DNA from: Spirochaetia bacterium
GTDB taxonomy: Bacteria > Spirochaetota > Spirochaetia > DSM-2461
Length of the DNA: 64,000 bases
Reading direction: 5' to 3'
NCBI GenBank assembly: GCA_963668315.1
Contig: OY764216.1
Location: forward strand, 5,560,498-5,624,497
Part shown: positions 28,949-39,509 of the stretch, one piece after another
Numbering within the stretch: position 1 is the first letter of the stretch
How the letters are laid out: each line of letters starts with the position of its first letter
Notes under the pieces: generated by a model
Database searches by the model: none
What the model was told of the DNA's origin: nothing
What the model saw: the letters and a program-made list of their open reading frames with translations, nothing else
Translations under genes and position numbers: made by a program

Positions 28949-30979
28949 ATGAATATCGCCTTCCAATGTCCCGTATGCGGGAAACGATACGAAGTGCCCG
29001 GACATCAGGCGGGCGCGCAGGTGATCTGTGCCGGCTGTCGGCGGACAATCCTGGTGCCACGCCCCGCGGCTTCCCCGTCGCTGGATCGCCCCCGCCGGAC
29101 ACGCCTTCCCCATAACGAGGGACCGAGCCGAACGGCAATCTTCGTGGCGGTGGGAGGCGCCGGTGCACTCGTGGCGGTGATCGCGGCTCTCGTCTTCGTT
29201 CTAACCCGAGAGGACCAAACGCCGGCCTCGTCCGACCCGCCTGCCCAGGTGGAGACGCCCCCTGCGGACACGAACCGCCTGGCCTCACGCCTCGCCCCCC
29301 TGATGCACGCCGACAAACGCTCCGAAACCGAACCGTCAAAGCCCCCGGAGAAGCAGGACACCCCGTCATTGGAGGCGGCTTCGGCCGACACGACAGAGAC
29401 CGCCGACAAGAGTGACGAGTCGCCTTCGCCAATTCCGGCCCCCACCGGCGACGCTTATCCACTTCGCGTGGCCGATCACGAACCCGTCACTTTCGGCGCC
29501 GCGGGATGTCCCATCGTGGTCATCGGCTCGAAAGTCTGGGACTATCAGAAGAAAACGGTGCGCTCCACCCTCGACGGCAAGTACGACGATAGCAGTCTGA
29601 CCGCCCTGTCGCCCGACGGACGCTATTTTGCGGCCACGGAACAGTCGGCCCACCACCGCAACAATCCCGTGCTCGTCTGGGACACCTCGACTGGCCAACT
29701 CTGCACACGCATCCCGGGAGATACGGCCGCCGGAGTCGGGCTTCTCCATCTGGCGGGCGGGCGAGCCTTCATCGCGCCCGCTCATTCCAACCGCTTGTAT
29801 GTCTGGGACCTGGCGGAAGCTCGCGAGTTGAAGTCGCTCACATTGGCCGAAAGCCGGCTCACGCCGGGCAACACGGCGATCGCGCACAATGGACTGTATG
29901 TGGCAACGATCGAGGATCGCAAACTCGTCGTGATCAAGATCGAGACGGGCGAAACCATCGTGAAGATGCGGGCGCCAAAAAAACGCGAGAAGCCTCGGGG
30001 CCCCGAACTTCCACCCGGAATGGTCCGAGTCGATCACGGGGGCTGGATCGTCGATAACGTGGGAGAGGCCGCCGACGACAGCGAGTGCAGCTCGATCTAC
30101 TCGTCATTGAAGGCCCTGGACTTCTCCCCGGACAGCCGTGAGTTGGTGGCTGTTTCCACATATCCCCAGCCCCGGGTCATCTGCTGGAACCACAAGGGAC
30201 GTCGAGTGCTGGATGAAACGCTCCATTCCGACCGAGACTTGCACGAAACGCGGTCGATCCACTGGTTTGGCGAAAAAGACGCGTGGCTGCTTGGAACCGA
30301 CCTCTTCGACCGTAAGGCGTCGAAGGTCGTGCTTTCCGTCCGCCGATCGTTCCTGCACACACCCACGATTCACGTTCAGGACGACAATCACCTGGTGGGC
30401 ACGTTCTCCAGCAAACCCAACGAGATCCAGACAGTCGCAATCCCCTGGGACGCTATCCGGGCATCGCTCGAAGACCTGGAGAAAAAGGCTCCCGCACTGC
30501 TCAGCCCGGCCGAGCCGGTGAGTATCGTCTTCGAACTCGGCTCGCTCCGGGGCGACCAGAACAAGACCGTCCGGGAACTCGGCGATGCCCTCAAGGCGAG
30601 ATTGGAGAAAGACGGGCTGGAAGTGGAAAGCGGGAAGAGCACGTTCTTCCGAATCCGTTTCTCGGAAAAGGCGGGTGACTCGGTCCCCGTTTACGAACGC
30701 CAGTCCCCATTCCATTGGGACGATCGCGATACGGGCCAGCGGGTTCATGAAGCCGAAGGCAAACTGGTCGTCGAACTGGTCGTGCCCGGCCGGGATCAGC
30801 CGGTCTGGCGAGATACCCTGGCCGCCGGCTCCGACTCGTCCTACGATGGCAACGTCACCGAACTGGTCGTCCGCGACAGCATGGTGGAAAACCTGGCCAA
30901 CCGGATGGACGACCTGAACTTCCCCTACTTCATTCCCAAATCCGACGACCTGCTGGCGCTGCCGGTCGTCCTCCAGTGA
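28949..30979 (+). CDS. Zinc-ribbon + TM + WD40/beta-propeller domain protein
   Basis: CPVC..CAGC N-terminus; hydrophobic helix; propeller-like motifs ALSPDGRYFA, VWDTSTG, LDFSPDSRELVA. Confidence 0.8.
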   Translation: MNIAFQCPVCGKRYEVPGHQAGAQVICAGCRRTILVPRPAASPSLDRPRRTRLPHNEGPSRTAIFVAVGGAGALVAVIAALVFVLTREDQTPASSDPPAQVETPPADTNRLASRLAPLMHADKRSETEPSKPPEKQDTPSLEAASADTTETADKSDESPSPIPAPTGDAYPLRVADHEPVTFGAAGCPIVVIGSKVWDYQKKTVRSTLDGKYDDSSLTALSPDGRYFAATEQSAHHRNNPVLVWDTSTGQLCTRIPGDTAAGVGLLHLAGGRAFIAPAHSNRLYVWDLAEARELKSLTLAESRLTPGNTAIAHNGLYVATIEDRKLVVIKIETGETIVKMRAPKKREKPRGPELPPGMVRVDHGGWIVDNVGEAADDSECSSIYSSLKALDFSPDSRELVAVSTYPQPRVICWNHKGRRVLDETLHSDRDLHETRSIHWFGEKDAWLLGTDLFDRKASKVVLSVRRSFLHTPTIHVQDDNHLVGTFSSKPNEIQTVAIPWDAIRASLEDLEKKAPALLSPAEPVSIVFELGSLRGDQNKTVRELGDALKARLEKDGLEVESGKSTFFRIRFSEKAGDSVPVYERQSPFHWDDRDTGQRVHEAEGKLVVELVVPGRDQPVWRDTLAAGSDSSYDGNVTELVVRDSMVENLANRMDDLNFPYFIPKSDDLLALPVVLQ

Positions 30980-31206
30980 TCTCTGCGCGACCGGTTCAAC
31001 TTCTGCCCATGGACTTCTTCTGCGACGGGAATCCGACGTAAGAGCTGAAGTGGTCCTGACTTCGGCTGTTGGAACACACAACGCTCGACACAAGACCCCG
31101 CATTCGTTAGAATGCCGTCACCGGCCGGAAGAAGGGGGGCGTTCCTTCTGGTGCTGGCACATTTTTGGGGATTGTTTCCAACCTTCTAGCGGGAAAGGCG
31201 GTGCTT

Positions 31207-32940
31207 ATGCGAAGAGCCATTTGCTGCTTCGGATGGGGGGTCGTGGCGATAGGCCTTCTGGGACCTGTCGCCCATGCAAACGGAGAGAGTTGTTCCCTTG
31301 AGATGAAAAAGGTGGACACCTCGAACACGTCGAGCGACACCCGCCTCTATCGGGCAACCTCGTCTCAGAGTTTCTATCACCCTGTCGCACGCGGTGTCCG
31401 CGTCCGCGACAACTCGGCGCAAGAATTCGCGGAAACGATCAAGAAGGAGCCGGAGGCCTATCGGGCCGAGTTTCCCGTTCGGGGCGTCGTCAAGTTCGGG
31501 ACGCTGAAGTTCGGCTATGCGCTGGACACATCGGTTGAACCGGTGAAAGAAAAGGAAGACAAGGCCGACGCCAAAGAGGCGGAGGAGAAGAAGTCCGAGA
31601 GCGTCCTGTCGGCCCTCTCCAAGGTTTTGACGGGTGACACCAAGAAGGCGGAGGAAGAAACGACGCCCTTCAAACCGGTGCCCTACGATCGCCTCTACAT
31701 CGACACCGATCGCGACGGCGACCTGACGGACGAAGAAGTGATCGAGGCTTCGTCGACGAGAAACGACAGCAACAACCGCTACTACTCATGCAACTTTCCC
31801 CGAATCGATCTTCCGATTGAGGTCGAATCCGTTCCGGTCGACTATGCCATCACCCTGAGCACGATGGCCTACGGCGACGACAAGTTCGGCTATGTCAACG
31901 GTTCGTTCCAAGCCGGAGCCTACCGGGAAGGTGAAATCACCCTCGACGGCAAGAAACGCCGCCTCGTCCTGATCGATTTCAACGGCAACGGGCGCTTCGA
32001 CGACCCGTCGACCTTTCGTGATTCAGCCGGCTCCTCCAGCGAACGCGTTTACACCATCCGCGGAGATCGACTCTACGTCGACCCCGACATGAACGCCTCC
32101 GGACGAAGCGCCTACGATGTGACCAGTGCGGACGATATGTTCGCCGTAGGCTCGTTGCTGTGCCTCGACGGGAGGTTCTACAAGATGACCGTCTCTCCTT
32201 CGGGGGACAAGCTGACCCTGGAGCCTGCCGACCTCGACGTGGGCTATGTGACAAACGCCGTAGGAAACTACCGCGCTGTCATTTACGGCGACCTCGGCCT
32301 CATCAAAATCCAGTCGGACGAGTCGGGCAAGGCGCCCGTGCCGGCCGGTTCCTGGAAACTGATGAACTATACCCTCGATCGAACCGGGTATGAGGAGAAA
32401 AAGGCCAAGGAAAAGAACGAAGAACCGTCGATTCTGGGCGTTCTCACGGAAGCCCTGGGAACGGACGACAACGGAAGACCTCCCCGCCGCACCGTCGTGG
32501 CTGCCAGCGGGACGAACCGCTACAAGGCGGTGGATGTGAAGGAAGACGAAACCGTCGAGTTGCCCTTCGGACCTCCGTACCGCCCCGAGGTAGACGTCCA
32601 GTATCGCAGAGGCGCCGACCAGGTGTCGCTGGGGATGTCCCTCGTCGGCTCGGCGGGAGAAGTCTGCACGAGCATGTACGTGAACGGGAGTCGTCCCGGG
32701 AAGCCCCAGTTCACCATCACCGATCCGGAAGGAAACAAGGTGGCCGAAGGCGTCTTCGAGTATGGCTGAGGCTTCACTTGCCGGTACTCGTGGCGAGTAC
32801 CTTCGGACCCGGCCGACGAATACACGATTCAAGTTCGCATGAACGCTGGCCCCTTCAAGATCGACAGTGAACACAAAAGCGTCCTGAAGAAGAGCGAAAT
32901 CGCTCTCCCGAAGGCTGCACAGGCCAGACCGGCCACTTGA
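31207..32940 (+). CDS. Putative secreted selenoprotein (in-frame UGA at 32767-32769, U-x-x-x-C motif); ends at 32769 if the UGA is a stop
   Basis: Signal peptide; DxDxDG-type motifs; FEYG-TGA-GFTCRYSWRVP... open for 56 more codons; SECIS-like hairpin 32783-32801; terminator only after 32940. Confidence 0.75.
32783..32801 (+). promoter_or_regulatory. Candidate bacterial SECIS element
   Basis: Perfect stem GGTACTCG-(TGG)-CGAGTACC starting 14 nt after the UGA, with G in the apical loop. Confidence 0.7.
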
Positions 32941-32952
32941 ACCAATCCCCTG

Positions 32953-32988
32953 ACGCCGGGAGGTCCTCGCGACTTCCCGGCGTTTTTT
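32953..32988 (+). terminator. Rho-independent terminator
   Basis: acgccgggaggtc / gacttcccggcgt stem followed by a T-run. Confidence 0.8.
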
Positions 32989-33142
32989 AGTCAAACGCAC
33001 TTCCCCGCAAGCGGCGCTTTCGCCGACGGTCCGGGAGAGTGTCTTGCTCTCTACCTGAACTGAATTCCAGCGGGAACAGGGGATATGAGCGGAGCAATTC
33101 TGCGCCCACGCCGGCATCCCGTTCCCTGAGTAGGAGACGATT

Positions 33143-34222
33143 ATGCAACGTATCACTCTGACGGTCTGGATCCTGTTGATGTCTGTGACGGTTCCCTATG
33201 CGCTGAGCGAAGATTCAGCCGCGGAACAGAAAACTCCGGAACTGCCGATGCGGGACGACTTCGATTCGAAACTCTCCCTTCCCTGGAACATCGTTCGGCC
33301 TGATCCAACCCATGTGTCGCTTGAATCGCATCCCGGCAAGCTGACGATCACGACCCAATTCGGTTCGATTCACATGGCCAAGACGAGCGCCAAGAATCTC
33401 TACTTCCTCGATGTCCCCGACGGGTTGACGGACTTCGTGGTTACCACATGTGTGGAAGACTTCCTGCCCATAAAATCGTGGCAGCAGGCGGGCATCATGT
33501 TTCACAACGATGACGACACCTTCATCAAATGGGTCCGCGACTACACCGGACAGGGCTATCCCGTTATGAACGTGAACTGGGAAATCAACGGGGAAAACAA
33601 GGGGGTCCACTCGTCCATCGAAGTAAGCAAGAAGCAGTTCTGGCTGCGGACGATCAAGCGAGGGAACGTCTACCAGTTCCTCGCGAGCGAAGACGGGAAG
33701 ACCTGGACCACCCACTTCGTGGTTCCCTGGGGCGACGGCAAGTTGAAGAAGGTGGGCCTCGTCGCGAAGAACGGGCCAACGCAAGGCGACATGGAGGCCC
33801 AGTTCGACTTCTTCGAACTCCGCCGGCCCACCAAGCAGGAGTTGGACGATCCGGTCTATCCGCTACGCCGGGCCTTGTGGGGCAGTTGGAAAGCGGTCGA
33901 GCGGAAGATCAACGGAAAGGAGGTTGCGAAGGGGCCCGTCACGCAACTGAGCATTGTCCCAGGGCGGATGACCCTGAAAGAAAAACGCGCCCTGCCCTGC
34001 GCCTACACGGTTGACCTGACCGTAACCCCCAACCGCATTACGCTGTACCCCCTGAATCTCGGCGTCGGACCCCAGCTCAACGGACTGTTTGCTCTTGACG
34101 GCGACACGCTCACGCTCTGCCTCAACCCCAAGCCGGGCGGGGAAACCCCCGGTACTCTGGAGCCCCAGGAGGGCGACGGGAGTCTGTTCATGAAGTTGGA
34201 GCGGGACAAGGCCGCGAAATAG
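33143..34222 (+). CDS. Secreted ConA-like (DUF1349/beta-xylosidase C-terminal-like) + TIGR03067 domain protein
   Basis: AGGAG RBS; signal peptide; DDFDSKLSLPW, WQQAGIM, WLRTIKRGN..SEDGKTW, FDFF; then LWGSWKAV..GLFALDGDTLTLCL. Confidence 0.75.
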   Translation: MQRITLTVWILLMSVTVPYALSEDSAAEQKTPELPMRDDFDSKLSLPWNIVRPDPTHVSLESHPGKLTITTQFGSIHMAKTSAKNLYFLDVPDGLTDFVVTTCVEDFLPIKSWQQAGIMFHNDDDTFIKWVRDYTGQGYPVMNVNWEINGENKGVHSSIEVSKKQFWLRTIKRGNVYQFLASEDGKTWTTHFVVPWGDGKLKKVGLVAKNGPTQGDMEAQFDFFELRRPTKQELDDPVYPLRRALWGSWKAVERKINGKEVAKGPVTQLSIVPGRMTLKEKRALPCAYTVDLTVTPNRITLYPLNLGVGPQLNGLFALDGDTLTLCLNPKPGGETPGTLEPQEGDGSLFMKLERDKAAK

Positions 34223-34239
34223 CAGCCACCCACGAACTA

Positions 34240-34401
34240 GGCTCTGTTTCAAAACTCAAGGTGTCGGGCTTCGAGCGGCTGCACGAGCCATCCGCTGCGT
34301 TGTCCTGCATCGACATATGTCCAATATGCCTGCTTCGGACGCCTTGCGGACTGGCTCGTTCGCTCGCTCTCGGGCGTGCGGCAGACTTCTGAAACAGAGC
34401 C
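34240..34401. mobile_element. 162-bp MITE, TA/CTAG-flanked (copy B)
   Basis: TIRs GGCTCTGTTTCA / TGAAACAGAGCC; near-identical to copy A. Confidence 0.85.
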
Positions 34402-34889
34402 TAGGCCGTCAATTCGTAGACGGGTTCATCATCGGCTCGCGGCTCGTCCGCGAGCCGTTTCTCGTCTCGAACCCAGTCGTCGTGCGTGTAGATCACCACG
34501 CTCGTGTCCGTCTCCCGGATTTCCAACCGGTCGAGCCGAAAACCGAAGTCGGTGATCTCCGTGAACAGCTTGCAGGCCAGGTTTTCGACCGACGTGGGAC
34601 CCTCGAACCGCTTCATCTTGAGACATTCGCCCGTCCGCTGGGTGTGATGGGCAAGCGTCTCATAGAGGGGATCGTTCACGTTGATCAGCAGGCCGTGGTC
34701 GTACTCCTCCTTCAGAAAGGGCTCGATCACGTCGTCGAAGTCGCCGAAGAGGGTGGACACGGCGCCCTTGCGCTGCACCTCGAAGAAACACGAGATGCCG
34801 TAACGATGCCCGTGGAGGTTGCGACACTTGTCGGCCAGTTCCTCGTTTCGATGGGCGGCGTAGAACTTGTAGTCTTTGCGAATGATCAT
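34401..34889 (-). CDS. queD: 6-carboxytetrahydropterin synthase (QueD/PTPS family)
   Basis: KFYAAHR..CRNLHGHRY, YDHGLLIN, PTSVENLA, IRETDTS; downstream of folE. Confidence 0.88.
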   Translation of the reverse strand: MIIRKDYKFYAAHRNEELADKCRNLHGHRYGISCFFEVQRKGAVSTLFGDFDDVIEPFLKEEYDHGLLINVNDPLYETLAHHTQRTGECLKMKRFEGPTSVENLACKLFTEITDFGFRLDRLEIRETDTSVVIYTHDDWVRDEKRLADEPRADDEPVYELTA

Positions 34890-34909
34890 CTCCGAGCCCT
34901 CCGGTTCGG

Positions 34910-35545
34910 TCACGATTTGTGAATCAACGCCATAATCTCGGCGCGGCTTGCCGGGTTCTCGCGGAAGACGCCTCGCAGCGCGCTGGTGACCGTCGAACTT
35001 CCGGGTTTCTTGACCCCCCGTATCGACATGCACGAGTGTTCCGCTTCGATAACGACGGCGACACCGGCCGTCTGCAGCTCGGTCTCGACCAGGTTGGCTA
35101 CCGTTTCGGTCATCCGTTCCTGGACCTGGGGCCGCCGGGCGACCTCTTCCACGACCCGGGCCAGCTTGCTCAGCCCGGTCACACGCCCGTTGGGCAAGTA
35201 GGCCACGTGGGCCACGCCCTGAAACGGCAGCAGGTGGTGTTCGCACATGCTCGTGAACGGAATATCCCGTACCAACACAACCTCGTCGTAAGTTTCGGGA
35301 AAGGTCACGTGGAGATGGCGTGCCGGATCCGTCTTCAGCCCGGCGAACATCTCCGCATACATCTTGGCAACGCGGCGGGGCGTCTCCTGCAAGCCCGGCC
35401 GGTCCGGATCTTCTCCGACAGCCTTCAGAATCGTTCTGACTGCCCCCTTGATGGCCTCCAGGTCAACCGCTCCGGCCGAATCGGTTCCAGGGTTGGGACG
35501 GGTTCGAGCCAAAGGGGTTTCCGGATACTGCAACGCTCGCAACAT
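34910..35545 (-). CDS. folE: GTP cyclohydrolase I
   Basis: [67 protein letters not shown]. Confidence 0.95.
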   Translation of the reverse strand: MLRALQYPETPLARTRPNPGTDSAGAVDLEAIKGAVRTILKAVGEDPDRPGLQETPRRVAKMYAEMFAGLKTDPARHLHVTFPETYDEVVLVRDIPFTSMCEHHLLPFQGVAHVAYLPNGRVTGLSKLARVVEEVARRPQVQERMTETVANLVETELQTAGVAVVIEAEHSCMSIRGVKKPGSSTVTSALRGVFRENPASRAEIMALIHKS

Positions 35546-35814
35546 GACGATCGCTCCTTTGTTCGGTTTTCGCACGCATTCTTGGTCTCTTCTCCATCGG
35601 TATCTGGAGCAATCATCGCGTCGCAGCTGTTTTTGACAACAGGAGTTGCTAAAAATATGCGAGCGGAGCATGCTCCCTGTCTTGAAGTCTCGACGTAACC
35701 GACTGTTAAATCGCTTGTTACGTCATCAAGAAGGCCGCGCCCAAGTCATCCTTCTTCGGGAAAGCCACATCCCGGAGAACGCTGGACATCTGAAAATTCG
35801 TCCAAACCGTTCGG

Positions 35815-36642
35815 CTATCGCGGTACGGGGATGTCGCGTTGAGAGAAGACCAGGCCCGCGAGGGCGTAGGCGATCAGGCCCACGCCGAGGAGGATGCTGT
35901 TGAGGTTGAGCGACGCGGTCCAAGGGTGGTCGCTCTCGAGGATCAATCCCGGGGGATCGAAGGCCGTGAGAAAGCTCAGGTAGCCCAGCCACTCGCCGGG
36001 CTTCCACATGGAGGCCACCATGTCGAGGAGGATTGATACGACAAGGAATCCACCGGCGAGGCACATGGTTCTCCATCGGTTCCGATCGAACGCGGAAAAC
36101 AGCGTGGTGATCCCTGCGAAGCAGAAGGTCATGAAGAACAGGTTCACGGCGCCGGGAAGGAAGTCGGATGCAGCGACGGGGCCGCCTTCGAGCTGGACGG
36201 TGGCGACTCCCAGACAGTTCCCCAGCCACGTGCTTAGCGCGAGCAGGGCCGCGCCGAGGGAAGCAACGGTCCCCACGGCTACAACGATCGTATAACGCCG
36301 GATGGGCAACGTGAGGAGCAACTCGTAGGTACCGGCCGAAATTCCCCCGCTCACGGCGGACGAGCCCCGGGCAATCGCCCAGCCGTAGCAGATCAGCAGG
36401 GTAATCAGGTGCAGGTAGAGGATGCTGATTCGACCGCGGGGCGTGACGAACTGCTCCAGGGGGACGCCGACCAGATCCTGTACGAAGTCGGGCAGAAGCG
36501 TGAGGAAGCCGGCAATTGCCCCCATTTTGAAGAGGCTTTGGAACCAGACAAAAAACCAGCCAAACAGGAGCAGGAGGAGGCAACTCACCAGCAATTGGCC
36601 GCGGGCGTCGTTGATGGCCTTTTTCCAGACGGCAGCGTTCAT
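35815..36642 (-). CDS. ABC-2 type transporter permease
   Basis: Six hydrophobic segments; ISAGTYELLLTLPIRR; C-terminal FSQRDIP. Confidence 0.85.
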   Translation of the reverse strand: MNAAVWKKAINDARGQLLVSCLLLLLFGWFFVWFQSLFKMGAIAGFLTLLPDFVQDLVGVPLEQFVTPRGRISILYLHLITLLICYGWAIARGSSAVSGGISAGTYELLLTLPIRRYTIVVAVGTVASLGAALLALSTWLGNCLGVATVQLEGGPVAASDFLPGAVNLFFMTFCFAGITTLFSAFDRNRWRTMCLAGGFLVVSILLDMVASMWKPGEWLGYLSFLTAFDPPGLILESDHPWTASLNLNSILLGVGLIAYALAGLVFSQRDIPVPR

Positions 36643-36806
36643 GATGAAAATGGGGGAGTGGAAGGAGTTGCCAATTCAGCCCATTCCATCAGTCTATCCG
36701 AAAGGGAGCATGGCGTCTTGGAGGACACCAGTCGGGTCGGTATGATGCGGCGACTGACGTTTTTTCTATACCAACTAGCATCCTTTCGATAGAAAGCCGG
36801 GTTCAA

Positions 36807-37310
36807 ATGGACTCCCCCCTGGAACTTGCGATCAAGCAGATCGCTTTCGCCCGATCGTACACGCTGGAATTAGTGGAAGGGCTTGAGGACGATCTTTGGT
36901 TTGTCATGCCCGAAGGGGCTGTCACGCACATTGGCTGGCAGATGGCCCATCTGGCCATGGCCCAGTACGGCCTGTGCCTTTTCAGGCAGCGAGGTCGTGC
37001 CGACGTGGATCGAGAGCTGCTCCCGAGGGGGTTCGTTCAGAAATACGGAAAAGGCTCGACACCAACCCCCTCCGTGGAGGAGAATATCCCCCCCGAAGAG
37101 ATTCGGGGCCTGCTTCAACGAATTCACGAGCAGGCGAACCTGGAGATGCCCGGGTTTTCCGAGGCGCAGTTGAGCGAGCCCATGGACATGCCCTATGCGG
37201 TTTACCCGACCAAGTTGGGCAGCCTGCTTTTTTGCTCCCATCACGAGTTTCTTCACGCTGGACAGATCGGTTTTCTCCGTCGTCTCTTGGGCAAAGAGCC
37301 GATTCGATAG
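36807..37310 (+). CDS. DinB/YfiT family protein
   Basis: ARSYTLELV, HIGWQMAHLA, HEFLHAGQI..LRRLLG. Confidence 0.88.
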   Translation: MDSPLELAIKQIAFARSYTLELVEGLEDDLWFVMPEGAVTHIGWQMAHLAMAQYGLCLFRQRGRADVDRELLPRGFVQKYGKGSTPTPSVEENIPPEEIRGLLQRIHEQANLEMPGFSEAQLSEPMDMPYAVYPTKLGSLLFCSHHEFLHAGQIGFLRRLLGKEPIR

Positions 37311-37542
37311 AAAGACGGGTTTTCATGAAGATTGCCCGACGCTGGCCATTGATGGAGAATGGACCCACATTACGTCGGCTTGCGTAACCTGAACTAGTGC
37401 CCTGTCAACCTTGGAATTTTGGGGGCCACGGGCTGCTTGTCAGCCAGTGCCAACACGTTACATCGAGGCGCCCCCTTCAATTCGTAAACGTGGCGGAGCA
37501 CTAGGGTTCCCTGACCTGGCAGATTTTGCGGAGAACGCCATT

Positions 37543-38325
37543 GTGCTGAAGCTCATCCAAGCACTCAATAGCCTCCTCGGGATGCTTCTGGCAGTTGTGC
37601 TCGTTGTCTTGCTGGCCGCGGGCGGCTGGTATGCCTACCAGAACTACTACGCCGCGAAATTCGAGTTGGAAGCCGAATTGGCAGCCAGTCAGGAGGAAGT
37701 CGACCGTCTTGAAAAGGACCTGGAAACGAAACGCCATGAGATTGCCCGTCTGGGCACGGCCTTGAAGTTCATGAAGGTGGACCAGCGACTGGCCCGAATC
37801 ACGGTTCTCTCCCAAAGCGGATCCGCCGAGGCGGGGAATCTCTCGACTCGCTTCAGCTTTGTCGAGGTCGATCGCCACGGCAAGCCCCTCGGCGATCCTC
37901 GCGTCTTCAACATTGAGGGCGACCTGGCCTACATCGATTCCTGGGTGATCAAGTTCGGCGACGAGTATGTGGAAAAAGGCGATTCGCTTCGAGCCGCCTC
38001 GATCTGCCTCTTCCGCCGCGTATTCGGGGAGAAACAACTTCCGGCAGACGGCTTCCGCCTGGATGAAGAAGGAAGGCAGCCCTCCGTTTATCGGACGGGC
38101 GAGGAGATGTCGGACTTCGAGAAAGACCTTTGGTCCCGCTTCTGGGACTACGCCAATGATCCTGCCCTTGCCCAGGAGATGGGCGTTCGTGCGGCCCACG
38201 GCGAAGCGCCTTCAATCCAACTTCGCCCCGGAAAAAGCTACCGCATTGAACTCCGAGCCTCGGGCGGTATCTCCGTGGTCCCCGAAGAAAGCCCAAAGGT
38301 TCAGGATACCTCACTGCTCAACTGA
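37543..38325 (+). CDS. Hypothetical membrane-anchored coiled-coil protein
   Basis: GTG start after GGAG; N-terminal TM helix, coiled coil, globular C-terminal domain. Confidence 0.75.
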   Translation: MLKLIQALNSLLGMLLAVVLVVLLAAGGWYAYQNYYAAKFELEAELAASQEEVDRLEKDLETKRHEIARLGTALKFMKVDQRLARITVLSQSGSAEAGNLSTRFSFVEVDRHGKPLGDPRVFNIEGDLAYIDSWVIKFGDEYVEKGDSLRAASICLFRRVFGEKQLPADGFRLDEEGRQPSVYRTGEEMSDFEKDLWSRFWDYANDPALAQEMGVRAAHGEAPSIQLRPGKSYRIELRASGGISVVPEESPKVQDTSLLN

Positions 38326-38936
38326 CAATGATCGCGACTCCAGAAAGCTGCAATCCGACCGATGGACTCAACCATTTGGTCGAAACCCTTTGCCTTCGTC
38401 ACAAATGCGTTCGCCCCCGCGGATAGACACGTCCGTGCTAACTCGTCATTGGTGGCAGACGTAAGCACGACCACGGGAATCGCGGCAAGCGTTGGCGTCT
38501 GTCGGATCTTGCAAAGCACCTCCATCCCCGGTATGTCCGGCAGGTTCAGGTCCAGGAGGACGAGCGAGGGCACGATCCGTGGCGGCGCGTCGTTCTCCGG
38601 CAGAAGGGCATCGACGGCCTCCGACCCCTGCTTGACCACGGTGACCGAGGGCAGCCGGGCCATGGCGAGGGAATGGGCGATCAAGGCTGCCTGATCCGGA
38701 TCATCCTCGACCACCAGGACAGGAAATTCCCGCCCGGAATCGGTCCCACTTCCTGCGCTCGCGGCAACGCGGTCTTTCGTGGCGTCTTCCGGGGCGATTT
38801 CGTCTCGCCAGATCCGAAGACTGCTGGGGGCATCGACACCGATCTTCACGTGCTGCTTTCGAATGGCAAGGACCTTGATCGTGATGTCCGGGCCAATTCG
38901 GATCGATGAATCGCAATCGCGAGAGAGAACCAGCAT
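38301..38936 (-). CDS. CsrA (carbon storage regulator) domain fused to a response-regulator receiver domain
   Basis: MLVLSR..IRIGPDITIKVLAI..VKIGVDAP..IWRDEI (CsrA); VLVVEDD, LVLLDLNLP, VVVLTS, AFVTK (REC); GAGGAGG RBS. Confidence 0.88.
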   Translation of the reverse strand: MLVLSRDCDSSIRIGPDITIKVLAIRKQHVKIGVDAPSSLRIWRDEIAPEDATKDRVAASAGSGTDSGREFPVLVVEDDPDQAALIAHSLAMARLPSVTVVKQGSEAVDALLPENDAPPRIVPSLVLLDLNLPDIPGMEVLCKIRQTPTLAAIPVVVLTSATNDELARTCLSAGANAFVTKAKGFDQMVESIGRIAAFWSRDHCQLSSEVS

Positions 38937-39509
38937 GTCTCCCTCCTCTACTGCATGAAATGCCTCAGAGAAACGGCATTTGGAAAAACTCGCCCTGCTT
39001 TGGGAGACCCCAAATCATCCACCCCAACAACTCACCGAGATAAGCCCACCAGGATAAAATACCCTTGCCACATTCTAGGGGATCGCATGAGAACGGGCAA
39101 TGTTTTTGTCTCCTCAAAAACGACTTTCTTGGTCAGACGTTTCACGGCAACTCCATCGTAGCCGAATGTATAGCGACTTTCTGGCTGGCCCTCGCCGAGA
39201 CAAAGCGGAAGACACTCCGATTCGCCCAATTGCCCACGAGCCACAAAAGTGTCTGAAAGACATTCGGCTCCGTCCTTGAGCCATCGCTCGATTCCCCGTG
39301 CCGCCCGGATTTCGCCTAATGGCCCCCAAGGTCTTCGAGAAATCAAATGGATTCGGGGGTCGGCCAGAAACTCGCAGGGTGAAAAACGCACCGAATGCAA
39401 GAGGATTTGGCACGCCGATTGACTCGTCCTTCTTTCCCGTCGCAACACGACTCGTAGAATTCGCGTGCATTTCGGACAACAGCAAGGCAAAGTTTGCCCG
39501 GACCAGAAT

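Noticed and set aside
34401..35545. 7-deazaguanine DNA-modification (dpd) cluster
   Set aside because: Only folE and queD are present, with no queC/queE/dpdA nearby; consistent with ordinary folate/queuosine precursor synthesis
35546..35730. preQ1 or folate riboswitch upstream of folE-queD
   Set aside because: No recognisable aptamer consensus by eye; only a short inverted repeat (35692-35724); an Rfam scan would be needed
38937..39509. FNR box or CsrA sites upstream of actA
   Set aside because: Only a half-site ATCAA and scattered GGA triplets, as expected by chance
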